Assembly: GCA_963743615.1 (NCBI GenBank) | Contig: CAVUQF010000002.1 | Span: forward strand, 65,697-129,696 | DNA length: 64,000 nucleotides | Reading direction: 5' to 3' | Source of the DNA: an uncultured Nanoarchaeota archaeon | GTDB taxonomy: Archaea; Nanobdellota; Nanobdellia; Pacearchaeales; GW2011-AR1 | Part shown: piece by piece, positions 10,340-19,459 of the stretch | How positions within the stretch are numbered: the stretch's first letter is position 1 | Layout of the letters: every line of letters begins with the position of its first letter | Notes under the pieces: model-generated | What the model saw: the letters and a program-made list of their open reading frames with translations, nothing else | Database searches by the model: none | What the model was told of the DNA's origin: nothing | Program-made: the position numbers and the translations under genes

Positions 10340-10374
10340 TCTACGAAAAGCACTTTGGGTTTTATAAATTTTTT

Positions 10375-10634
10375 GTAGACTCGAAGGGTAGCTTTAGAAA
10401 TTGCTAAAAGATTTTCCTGCCCGTTCTCAACTCTGCACTCTATCAAGCACCTTAACAAATGTTTAGGGCTGCTCCGATCAAGGCCTGACCCGTTTCGCAT
10501 CTGCAAGATCGAGACAGACAAAGTCTCAACGTCTGGAACAGGGTCTTTTAACTCTCCCCTAACTTTCCCTTCTTGCAGTCTGCCATAAAGCCCTTTGGCA
10601 ATCAGCGGAGGGCTAACCCGCCAACCTAGTCTAC
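10375..10634 (-). ncRNA. ffs: Archaeal signal recognition particle (SRP/7S) RNA
   Basis: Minus strand begins GTAGACT and ends AGTCTAC (terminal helix). It has an Alu-like 5' region (AGGTTGGCGGGTTAGCCCTCCGCTGATTGCC) and the SRP54-binding helix 8 motif GGTCAGGCC...GGAGCAGCC. GC-rich island with a TATA-like CTTAAAAA about 25 nt upstream. Confidence 0.85.
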
Positions 10635-10670
10635 GGAAGTAGATAATTGCTGTATTTTTAAGAGTTATGA

Positions 10671-11085
10671 TTACAACAGTAGATAGGAAAGTACCAAAGT
10701 GGGCAAAACTTCTGGAATTTGACTGTTTAAAGCCTTGTTGATATTATATTCAAACATTCTTAGTGCAAGCACCTTTTGCTGTTCTCTTAAGTTTTTTATT
10801 CTGGATAATGTCTGGTTATTTTGCCTATACAAAGCTTGTTGTGCTAAGATTTTGACTTTTCTCTTGTTGTAATTCTTTCTCTTTTTTTCTAAGAGGTGCT
10901 CGTGATTGCTTGCCCAGTATTCTCTTTTTTGCTGGTTGTAATAATTTCTGTTATTTTCCCTCCAATTTGCCTGTGCCTGTTTTGATTATTAAAGCCAATA
11001 ATTCAGCATCGCTCAGCGCTTCCGGCCCCTTTTCTCTCAATCGTTCTCTGGGCCTATTATCTTCAGCAAAAGACTTAATTTTCAT
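10671..11085 (-). pseudogene. radC: Chimeric remnant: truncated RadC (UPF0758) N-terminus joined out of frame to a start-less ORF tail
   Basis: 11085-10951 encodes [38 protein letters not shown] (RadC N-terminal signature) and then stops. A different frame from about 10984 to 10671 is open for roughly 100 codons ([33 protein letters not shown]...) with no start codon. Confidence 0.75.
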
Positions 11086-11091
11086 AAAAAC

Positions 11092-11175
11092 TGCGGGAGA
11101 CAGGATTCGGACCTGCGCAGGCACTAAGCCACAGGATCTTAAGTCCTGCCCGTTTGACCACTCCGGCACCCCCGC
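11092..11175 (-). tRNA. tRNA-Leu(TAA)
   Basis: GCGGGGG acceptor; anticodon arm CAGGA-CTTAAGA-TCCTG; long variable arm; T-loop TCCGAAT. Confidence 0.93.
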
Positions 11176-11227
11176 ATGGCTTTCACACATTAATTAGATT
11201 TAAAAAAGTTCTTATATTATTAAGGTA

Positions 11228-12943
11228 ATGTCAGATGATTCTGAAAAAAAAGAGATTATTGCGAGATCAATATTAGAGATTCTTAAGGGGGATAAGATAA
11301 ATTTGAAGGTTGATGAGATCCTGAAAAGAATAGAAACTCCTCCATCTCCAGAACTTGGAGATTTTGCATTTCCCTGTTTTTTTCTTGCTTCATTGTTAAA
11401 GGAAGATCCGAAAGACATAGCTTTGGAAATAAGGGAAGAAATTGGAAGCTTGAATGGGTTTAAGGATATACAAACTGAAGGGTCATACATAAATTTCTTT
11501 CTGGATAGGAAAAAACTTTCTGGAAATTTAATATCTGAAATTTTGTCTAAAAAAGATGATTTTGGTAAGCTAGATATTGGAAAAGGGAAAACAATTATGG
11601 TTGAATTTTCTCAGGCAAACACTCACAAGGCTTTCCATGTGGGTCATATTAGGGGGACATCGCTTGGAGAAAGTCTGTCAAGAATATCTGAATTTTGCGG
11701 AAACAAAGTAGTTAGGGCTAACTATCAGGGAGATAGCGGAATGCATGTAGCAAAATGGATCTGGTGTTATACTAAATACCATTCCCGGGAAAAATTGAAA
11801 GATGATGAGTCTTGGATAGCTTCCATCTATGTGGATGCGGTTAAGCGTCTTGAAAGAAATAAAAAATGGCAAGTGGAAGTTGATGATATCAACAAGAAAC
11901 TAGAATCTGGTGAAGATCAGAAATTAAATGAATTATGGAAAAAAACAAGGGAATTAAGCCTTCACTCTCTGGAAAAGATTTATTCTCAGTTGAATACACA
12001 CTTTGATGAATACTTTTTTGAAAAAGATATGGAAAGTAAGGGAAAAGAAATTGTTGAATCTATGTTAAAGAACAAGATTGCAAAAAAAAGTGAAGATGCT
12101 ATAATAATGGATTTGCAGAAATATAAATTGGGCGTATGGGTTCTTATAAGAAAAGATGGAACGATTTTATACTCTGCGAAAGATCTTGCCCTTGTTGAAA
12201 ATAAAACGGCAAAATATCCCGACTTAGATAAGCTAGTTTATGTAATTGCAAATGAGCAGGACTTGCATTTTAATCAATTAGTAAAAACGTTAGAATTGAT
12301 AGGATCTAAAAATTATAAAAATTTGTATCATGTTTCTTATGGAATGGTGAGGCTCCCAACTGGAAAAATGTCCTCACGTACCGGAAATAATATCCTTTAT
12401 TCGGATTTTTTGGAAGAAGTTGTATCGCATGCCCAAAAGGAGATAAAGAAACGTGAACCAAAAATAAAAAAAGAAAAATTAGAAGAGAGAGCTCTGAAGA
12501 TTTCCATTGCAGCAATAAAATATTCAATGTTGAAGCAGGGGGAGCAGAAAAATATTATCTTTGATGTCAAAGATTCTCTGAACTTTGAGGGAAATTCTGG
12601 AGCTTATATTTTGTACAGCTATGCAAGGGCGAATTCAATTCTTAAGAAGTCGAAGGTTGCAGGAAACCCAAATGTCTCAAGTTTGGAAAAAAAAGAAATT
12701 GATCTTGTAAAGGAACTATCTAAATTTCAGGAAGTATTGCTAAAATCTTATAATGACTTTAGTCCATCATACCTTGCAAATTATTCATACCAGCTTGCGC
12801 AGACTTTTAATGAGTTTTATCATTCTTGTCCCGTAATTAAGTCAAAGAAGGAAAGTTTCAGAATTGCACTTGTAGAAGCGTCCAAACAAATCCTAAAAAC
12901 TTCTCTATCTCTCTTGGGAATTGATGTTGTTGAAGAAATGTAG
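11228..12943 (+). CDS. argS: Arginyl-tRNA synthetase
   Basis: GDFAFPCF, HVGH (HIGH), KMSSRTG, YAR and FYHSCPV motifs. Confidence 0.97.
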   Translation: MSDDSEKKEIIARSILEILKGDKINLKVDEILKRIETPPSPELGDFAFPCFFLASLLKEDPKDIALEIREEIGSLNGFKDIQTEGSYINFFLDRKKLSGNLISEILSKKDDFGKLDIGKGKTIMVEFSQANTHKAFHVGHIRGTSLGESLSRISEFCGNKVVRANYQGDSGMHVAKWIWCYTKYHSREKLKDDESWIASIYVDAVKRLERNKKWQVEVDDINKKLESGEDQKLNELWKKTRELSLHSLEKIYSQLNTHFDEYFFEKDMESKGKEIVESMLKNKIAKKSEDAIIMDLQKYKLGVWVLIRKDGTILYSAKDLALVENKTAKYPDLDKLVYVIANEQDLHFNQLVKTLELIGSKNYKNLYHVSYGMVRLPTGKMSSRTGNNILYSDFLEEVVSHAQKEIKKREPKIKKEKLEERALKISIAAIKYSMLKQGEQKNIIFDVKDSLNFEGNSGAYILYSYARANSILKKSKVAGNPNVSSLEKKEIDLVKELSKFQEVLLKSYNDFSPSYLANYSYQLAQTFNEFYHSCPVIKSKKESFRIALVEASKQILKTSLSLLGIDVVEEM

Positions 12944-12945
12944 TT

Positions 12946-13752
12946 TTATTTTACCGGCTTTAAGTCTTTCCAAGCGAGCTCAAAGAATTGTTCCAATGCC
13001 TGAGCGAAGAATTCTGTATTTATCCAAACACCCACATCATAACTGGGGTGGAACTTTTCATCATCAAGAAGCATAAACATCAGCTGATTTGAATCAATTA
13101 TGACAAATCTTGCTCTTATGTTCTCTAAATTTCTTATTTCTGCTAACTTTTTGAATTCTCTTGCGACGGAAATATTATTGCTGTCAATTGGTGCTGCAAC
13201 TCTTATCTTAATTCCTCTCTTATTTGCTTTCTCAAGACTAGGCATAAGTGCTTCCCATTTCCTATTAATTCCTTCATGTGTTGTTACAATTGTGACACTC
13301 TTTTCTGCGCTTCTAATCATCATATCCAACTGATTGTACAAATTCTCTCTGCCTCTTAAACTTCCGGAAAGTTCGGAAGGTTCAACAAACTTTACTCCTT
13401 TCGTGAAAAGATTATTAAGCTCTCCAAGAACTTCATCATCCTTTAATGTTTCAAGCCTTTGCAATCTTTCTTTAGTATGAGCTGTCAGGTTTCTCTTAAC
13501 TCTCTCAACAACTTCATCTGGTTTTATTGCAACAAATTTAATTGGCTTTCCAAGTTTCATAACAATGAATCCCTTTTTCTCCAGACTCTCTAAAATATCA
13601 TATGTTCTGCTTCTTGGGACTCCAGAAATATTACTTAATTCTCCTGCAGTGCTATTTCCTCTTGAAAGGATGGCCGCCCAGACTTTTACTTCATAAAGAT
13701 TTAGATCAAATATCTTCCTCAGTCTGCTCAAAAATTCATCCTTTACTATCAT
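12946..13752 (-). CDS. TrmB-family transcriptional regulator / chromatin protein (TrmBL2-like)
   Basis: LNLYEVKVW...TAGELSNISGVPRSRTYDILESLEKKGF winged HTH plus a C-terminal effector domain; start placed at ATG 13752 (MIVKDE). Confidence 0.9.
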   Translation of the reverse strand: MIVKDEFLSRLRKIFDLNLYEVKVWAAILSRGNSTAGELSNISGVPRSRTYDILESLEKKGFIVMKLGKPIKFVAIKPDEVVERVKRNLTAHTKERLQRLETLKDDEVLGELNNLFTKGVKFVEPSELSGSLRGRENLYNQLDMMIRSAEKSVTIVTTHEGINRKWEALMPSLEKANKRGIKIRVAAPIDSNNISVAREFKKLAEIRNLENIRARFVIIDSNQLMFMLLDDEKFHPSYDVGVWINTEFFAQALEQFFELAWKDLKPVK

Positions 13753-13828
13753 TATTTTTTCGACACCTTTTTTATTTTTAAATATTGTTATATTAGAGGA
13801 ATGAAACAATTAAATTACTAATCAGTAG

Positions 13829-16648
13829 TTATTTTTTGATTATCGCAATTTCCCCTTTTTTATCTTTGATTTCAAAGCCCATTTTATTTTTAAATCTTTC
13901 CTTGTCAGTTGTAACAATATTCAGCTCATCTGAATTTGTCCTTTCTTTTATGGTATCTTTCTCGGAATTAAGCATTTTTTTGAATTTTTCATCGGTTATT
14001 ATGTACGTTTTGACTTTATCCCCTTTATTTAACCCCAAATTTTTTCTAAATGACTGGATTTGTCTTGATATTTCTCTTGCAAACCCTTCCGCTTCCAATT
14101 TAGGAGTGATTTTTGTGTCAAATTCTATTTCAATTTGTTTTTTATTCTTAAGTTCAATCTTTTTCACATTCAACTGCCTCAAAATTATTTCCAAAATATC
14201 TTTGTCGAATTTTTCAGGGCAGGAAATTATTGCCTTTGCAAGGGGCCATTTTAATCCGATTTGAATCTTGTCTCTTTCTGAAAGGCCTTTTTCAATTATA
14301 TCAAACATCTTCAGGAACTTCTCTTCAAGTTGAGAATCAATCTTTTCTTTGTCATATTTTGGGAAAGAAGAGAGGTGAACAGACTCCTCTTTGACAATTT
14401 TCTTATCTCTAAACTTCTGCCATACATACTCGGTCATGAATGGCGAGATAGGAGCTAGCATTTTTAGCAAGGTAAGATAGACCTCTTTAACAGCAAATTG
14501 TGCAGATTTATCATCAGAAGACATCCTGTCTCTAACGAATTGGATATATTTTCTGCTAAGATCATTTATCCAAAAATCTTGTAACGCTCTTGTTGCAAGA
14601 TGAGGGTGCAGATTCTCCATTTCTTCAGTGAATTTTTTGATAAGAGAGTTTAATCTAGAGATGATCCATCTGTCCTCTATGCTCTTAGTTTTTGTTTCTT
14701 TGAGGTCTACAACGAGATTGCTAAGATTGTAGAATATGTTAAGATTGTTTGTAGGTTCTTTGACAACATTATATCCAAATCTTAGTTCTTGGCTAGGATC
14801 TTGCAGGCAATAGAGTAGCCTCATCGGATCTGCACCCATTTTTTCAACAGCATCATTGAACCAAATGGCATTTCCTTTGCTTTTGTGCATTTCATTTCCC
14901 TTTTCATCTTTCAAAGTTTCATATCCGAAAAGAGACTTGAATGGAACTTTTCCGGTTATTGCAACACTGGCCCACATCAATGCATTAAACCATCCTCTTG
15001 ACTGCCCGGGCATGCTTTCGGAAATTAAATCTGCAGGGAACCACTTTTTCCAGTATTCTCTGTCATTAAGGTAGTTTAAGGTTGAAAACGGAACAATTCC
15101 CGCATCAAGCCATGCGTCGCCAACGTCTTTTATTCTCTCTACTTCTTTTCCGCAGTTCTTGCATTTTACTTTTATTTCATCTATCCAAGGTCTGTGTATT
15201 TCTTTAAGATTGTCAACTTTCTTTTTATCGATTGCATTTTCTCTCAATTCTTTAAGACTTCCCGCCACAAAAATCTCTCCGCACTTGCATTCCCATATAG
15301 GAAGAGGTAATCCCCAGTATCTTTCTCTTGAGATAAGCCAATCCCCCATGTTCTTGAACCATTCTTCCTGCCTAACCTTACCATATTCAGGATACCATTT
15401 TACTTTTCTGTTCTCTTCGATAAGTGTTTTTCTTATCTCATCACATTTTATATACCACTCGCTAACTAATCTGAAAACTAATTCCTCCCCACATCTCCAG
15501 CAGTGGGGATATCTGTGTTTGTAGGGAACTATCTTGTAGACGAATCCTCTCTTTTCAAGGTCTGCCAGAACTTCTTTGCTAACTTCAGAATATTTTTTGT
15601 CGCTGAAACTCCCAAATCCCAAAGAATAAGTTCCTGCTTCATCTAATGGAGAGATCATATTCAATCCAAGTTCCTTTCCCAGTTCGTAATCTTCTGCTCC
15701 GCATCCTGGAGCTATATGAACAATTCCTGTTCCCTCTTCTTCAGAAGCCAGTTCCCATAATACTACTTTATGAGCCGATTTTTTTTGCTCTGTAAAATTA
15801 TTATAAGGCATTTCATATTTTATTCCTTCAAGCATTTTTCCTTTCTTTTTTTCTATAATTCTTGGACTTTCCGTCAATTCGCTCAGCCTTTTTTCGGCAA
15901 TCCAATAAAATTTGCCTCCTTGCTCAACTTTTACGTAATCAATGTCTTTATTTACCGCAATTGCGACATTTGCGGGAACCGTCCAGGGGGTAGTTGTAAA
16001 AATTAAGAAATATTCTCCTTCCTTTCCCTTTACAGGGAATCTCATAAACAAGGCAGAATGTGTAACTTCCTTGTATCCCTCTGTAACAATATCATGCTTT
16101 GAACTTGCCGTCCCGCATCTCCAGCACCAAGGCACTGCATCTTTTCCCCTGTATAATAATCCCTTGTCATTATAAGTTTTTATTAAAAACCAATTATGAA
16201 GATTATTATTGTCAGTCATGGTATAATAAGAGTTGTTCCAATCCATCCACTGCCCCAGTCTTATTGACTGCTCCATCTGTATCTTCGAGAATTTTTCCAC
16301 TCTTTTTTTGCAGGAATTGACGAAATTTAATATTCCAAATTTCTCAATATCTGATTTATCTTTCAATCCTAGATCTTTTTCCTCTTCCCTCTCGACCCAC
16401 AATCCTTGGCAATCAAAACCATTTTGGAATCTCTGATCGTATCCCTGCATAGCCTTGAATCTCTGGAATAGATCTTTGTAAGTCCTTCCCCATGCATGAT
16501 GAACCCCCATGGGGTTATTTGCAGTTATGGGACCGTCGATAAAGCTGAATCTCTTCCCGCCTTTATTCTTTTCTTTGAGATTTTCAAATGTTTTGTTCTC
16601 CTCCCAAAACTTAAGCGTGTTTTCTTCGACTTCTTTGAAATTATACAT
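13829..16648 (-). CDS. ileS: Isoleucyl-tRNA synthetase
   Basis: DGPITANNPMGVHH, FTTTPWT, GTGIVHIAPG, DWLISRERYWG, EMHKSKGN (KMSKS). Confidence 0.96.
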   Translation of the reverse strand: MYNFKEVEENTLKFWEENKTFENLKEKNKGGKRFSFIDGPITANNPMGVHHAWGRTYKDLFQRFKAMQGYDQRFQNGFDCQGLWVEREEEKDLGLKDKSDIEKFGILNFVNSCKKRVEKFSKIQMEQSIRLGQWMDWNNSYYTMTDNNNLHNWFLIKTYNDKGLLYRGKDAVPWCWRCGTASSKHDIVTEGYKEVTHSALFMRFPVKGKEGEYFLIFTTTPWTVPANVAIAVNKDIDYVKVEQGGKFYWIAEKRLSELTESPRIIEKKKGKMLEGIKYEMPYNNFTEQKKSAHKVVLWELASEEEGTGIVHIAPGCGAEDYELGKELGLNMISPLDEAGTYSLGFGSFSDKKYSEVSKEVLADLEKRGFVYKIVPYKHRYPHCWRCGEELVFRLVSEWYIKCDEIRKTLIEENRKVKWYPEYGKVRQEEWFKNMGDWLISRERYWGLPLPIWECKCGEIFVAGSLKELRENAIDKKKVDNLKEIHRPWIDEIKVKCKNCGKEVERIKDVGDAWLDAGIVPFSTLNYLNDREYWKKWFPADLISESMPGQSRGWFNALMWASVAITGKVPFKSLFGYETLKDEKGNEMHKSKGNAIWFNDAVEKMGADPMRLLYCLQDPSQELRFGYNVVKEPTNNLNIFYNLSNLVVDLKETKTKSIEDRWIISRLNSLIKKFTEEMENLHPHLATRALQDFWINDLSRKYIQFVRDRMSSDDKSAQFAVKEVYLTLLKMLAPISPFMTEYVWQKFRDKKIVKEESVHLSSFPKYDKEKIDSQLEEKFLKMFDIIEKGLSERDKIQIGLKWPLAKAIISCPEKFDKDILEIILRQLNVKKIELKNKKQIEIEFDTKITPKLEAEGFAREISRQIQSFRKNLGLNKGDKVKTYIITDEKFKKMLNSEKDTIKERTNSDELNIVTTDKERFKNKMGFEIKDKKGEIAIIKK

Positions 16649-16671
16649 TTTAATTATTGGTATATTGACTT

Positions 16672-17397
16672 TTAAATTTTTTTAATCTGATATTTTTCCA
16701 AAACTTCTTCCTCAATAAAATGAAGTTTTCCCGGAATTATAAAACAAAAAGGGGCTTTTATATTTTTATCAGTTACATCATCTACTTTGCCGTAAATAAT
16801 CTTCGTCTTGTCTGTTCCTAAATTGGAGCAGACCAGAATTCTCACAAGATTTAGTTCATATTCCTCTGCAGATTCTTTCAATTCTTTCAAAGCATCTTCA
16901 AATTTTAATCCAATATCTACAAGAACGAGGCTGTGGGCATCTATGGATAGATTCTGCTTTATATTTTCAACAAAACTTTTGGGTTTAAAGTTTCCGCTCC
17001 ACTTCGGAATGCTTGATATTTTTCCAAATTTGTATAATTGCAGGCCCGTCTCAGCAACAGCGTCGATAATCGAGGCATTGTAAATAATTTTATATTTTAT
17101 CTTTTTCTTCATTGTATCTTGGATCAAAGAGATATGTGTCGTGGCAGTCAGCGGGCTTCCGTAGATTAGCAATGCAATATCATCTTTTTTTGCTTCGTCG
17201 ACTATCTTTAAACTCTCCAAGAATTCTCTGCCTGCGGGTAATATCTTTTTTTTAATTACTTTTTCAAGTTTTTTTATGGAGTATGGAAAGTTAACAGTGT
17301 AATTATCAAGGTAGATTTTTTTACATTTACTGATTATTTCGCTAGACTTTCTTGATATTGAGTTATAATCTAGACCTAATCCGATCAAATACAGCAT
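16672..17397 (-). CDS. dph5: Diphthine synthase
   Basis: MLYLIGLGL, GSPLTATTH, TGLQLYKFG, IIPGKLHFIEEE. Confidence 0.95.
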   Translation of the reverse strand: MLYLIGLGLDYNSISRKSSEIISKCKKIYLDNYTVNFPYSIKKLEKVIKKKILPAGREFLESLKIVDEAKKDDIALLIYGSPLTATTHISLIQDTMKKKIKYKIIYNASIIDAVAETGLQLYKFGKISSIPKWSGNFKPKSFVENIKQNLSIDAHSLVLVDIGLKFEDALKELKESAEEYELNLVRILVCSNLGTDKTKIIYGKVDDVTDKNIKAPFCFIIPGKLHFIEEEVLEKYQIKKI

Positions 17398-17511
17398 GTT
17401 TTATCGACTAGGTTTATATTTATTAATCTATACATTTTTATTTTTTGGAAAAAAGCGATAAATATAAAAATACTTTTTTATTAGTGTAATAATAAAAACG
17501 AGGTGGAGAAT

Positions 17512-17541
17512 ATGCCAGCAAAGAAAAAAAAGAAGAAATAG
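17512..17541 (+). CDS. Candidate micro-ORF MPAKKKKKK (9 aa)
   Basis: ATG CCA GCA AAG AAA AAA AAG AAG AAA TAG, preceded by SD GAGGTG (17500-17505) and TATA-like AATATAAAAA (17461-17470) in an otherwise empty gap. Confidence 0.45.
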   Translation: MPAKKKKKK

Positions 17542-17629
17542 GATCTCTCTAATATTAGTTCAAGATGGAACTAAAATCCAATTCTAAAAAACATCTTGAT
17601 TTTCAAGTATTTATTAACCATTTTTATTT

Positions 17630-17878
17630 TTACTCTTTCTTATCTTTTTTCAGGCTCCCGTTCGTAACTGTAGTAAAAAACAGGAAGGTGAAGAAGAGAG
17701 CATCATTTCTGAATATCAAAGTTATGACTGCCCCGACGAGGGATACTATAATTATCAACTTAAACCAGAGCTGTCCTCCTTTATTTTCATCTTTTGTCAG
17801 ATTTGAAAGGATAATTCCTATGGGAAAGCCCAAGATTAGAACAAATATTCCAATCAAAATTGTATAAATCTGGTTCAT
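17630..17878 (-). CDS. Small membrane protein
   Basis: 82 aa, three hydrophobic segments, upstream TATA-like TTTAAATA. Confidence 0.7.
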   Translation of the reverse strand: MNQIYTILIGIFVLILGFPIGIILSNLTKDENKGGQLWFKLIIIVSLVGAVITLIFRNDALFFTFLFFTTVTNGSLKKDKKE

Positions 17879-17939
17879 ATAAACTGTAAGTTCATAATAT
17901 ATTTAAATCTTTAAAGGCAATTTTATCCATAATTTTACA

Positions 17940-18773
17940 ATGGATTATCAAAAATTTTTAATAGTTGCAAGCAAAAAAGATAAAGCGGGGATTAATATCA
18001 CAACCCGCCTTTCTCAGTTCAGGGAGAACCCTATGCTTTCTTCAATGAAGCAGCAGTCTGGATTTGATTTTTATCTGGTTGAGGAGGAAATAATTTATAC
18101 AGAGAACCTAAATCTTGAGAAAATAAATAAATATGATTTTATCATATTTGCTTCAAGGCACAGTTCTGAGAAAAACGAGAAAACTCTTTCAGTTCATGCC
18201 CCGGGAAACTGGAGAAAGGCTGATTTGGGAGGAAAAGAAGGAAAAATTTGCCGAACTTCTGCTCTTTTTGAAAAACAACTGTTTGAGAACTTAAACAAGA
18301 ATACAAAACAATACGGTTTGGATAAGGATTATGCAGTGACTCTTGAAGCTACTCACCATGGTCCTCTCATTGATAAGCCCTGCATTTTTATTGAAATTGG
18401 GGCTACAGAAACAGAATGGAACGATAGAAGAGCGGGTTTTGTGGTTGCAAAAACAATTGATGATACAATAAAGACTTACAAAGAGAATCCATATAATGAA
18501 GTTGCCATTGCAATAGGGGGGCCTCATTACTGCCCTAGTTTCAACAAAATACAATCCAGCTCAAACATTGCCATTTCTCATACAATCCCGAGATATTCTT
18601 TACCTTTATCAGAAGAGATGATAAAAGAGGCAATACAGAAAACAGAGGAAGAGATTGATTTCGTTCTTCTTGATTGGAAAGGGATAGGTAATGAATCTGA
18701 AAGAAAGAGGATACTTGAAATTCTTGAAAGATGGTATCTTCAGTACAAAAAAATAAGCGATATTAAGAAATAA
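17940..18773 (+). CDS. dtdA: D-aminoacyl-tRNA deacylase (archaeal DTD2)
   Basis: FASRHSS, LSVHAPGN, LEATHHGP, FIEIG, GGPHY. Confidence 0.95.
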   Translation: MDYQKFLIVASKKDKAGINITTRLSQFRENPMLSSMKQQSGFDFYLVEEEIIYTENLNLEKINKYDFIIFASRHSSEKNEKTLSVHAPGNWRKADLGGKEGKICRTSALFEKQLFENLNKNTKQYGLDKDYAVTLEATHHGPLIDKPCIFIEIGATETEWNDRRAGFVVAKTIDDTIKTYKENPYNEVAIAIGGPHYCPSFNKIQSSSNIAISHTIPRYSLPLSEEMIKEAIQKTEEEIDFVLLDWKGIGNESERKRILEILERWYLQYKKISDIKK

Positions 18774-18814
18774 CTTTTACAAACATTTATATAATTTTTT
18801 TGCATAATCTTATA

Positions 18815-19417
18815 ATGGACCCCGTCCCCGATAAGAACTTGAAAGATAAGATTTCTGCGCTAGATCCGCAATTCCGAGAAAAAATAAGCAAGATGTTTGA
18901 AGCTATGCATCAGTCGATTGACCTGCTTTATGATGCTGCGATTCATGATGAAAAGACGGGATTGTATAATCATAAATTCTTTGATACTGTTATTGATATG
19001 GAAATAGAGAAGGCAGAGAGAAAAAAGGAGAAGCTTTCTTTGGTCATGATTGATATAGACCATTTTAAAAAAATAAATGATACTTACGGGCATCTAAAAG
19101 CTGATGAGATGCTTGCCAAGCTTGCAAAAGTTTTGATGAACTGTGCAAGGAAGTCTGATGTTGTTGCAAGATTTGGCGGAGAAGAATTTTTTATACTGCT
19201 TCCCGAAACACAGATAGAAAAAGCAAAAAAATTTGCATCTAGACTAAAAACTGCAATTCACAGAGATGTTTTTCTAAAAAAATACAAGCTCACGGTAAGC
19301 GGGGGCATAACTCAATTTAAAGCAAAGGATGACAAGGCAAGATTTAAGGAGAGGGCGGACAGGGCATTGTACAAGGCAAAAGAGGGCGGTCGTGACAGGT
19401 TCGAGGTTTTGAAATAA
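18815..19417 (+). CDS. GGDEF-domain diguanylate cyclase
   Basis: DEKTGLYN, MIDIDHFKKINDTYGH, RKSD (RxxD I-site), ARFGGEEF, TVSGG, ADRALYKAKEGGRD. ATG 18815 preferred. Confidence 0.93.
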   Translation: MDPVPDKNLKDKISALDPQFREKISKMFEAMHQSIDLLYDAAIHDEKTGLYNHKFFDTVIDMEIEKAERKKEKLSLVMIDIDHFKKINDTYGHLKADEMLAKLAKVLMNCARKSDVVARFGGEEFFILLPETQIEKAKKFASRLKTAIHRDVFLKKYKLTVSGGITQFKAKDDKARFKERADRALYKAKEGGRDRFEVLK

Positions 19418-19459
19418 TTTTTCAATAAAAATATAAATCCATTTTACGAATATAAATTA

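Noticed and set aside
10282..10521. 79-aa ORF on the minus strand
   Set aside because: Lies within the SRP RNA; a by-product of GC-rich structural RNA.
11086..11190. N-terminal extension of the 10951..11190 ORF and the antisense 10910..11197 ORF
   Set aside because: These translate through tRNA-Leu; the RadC similarity starts at ATG 11085.
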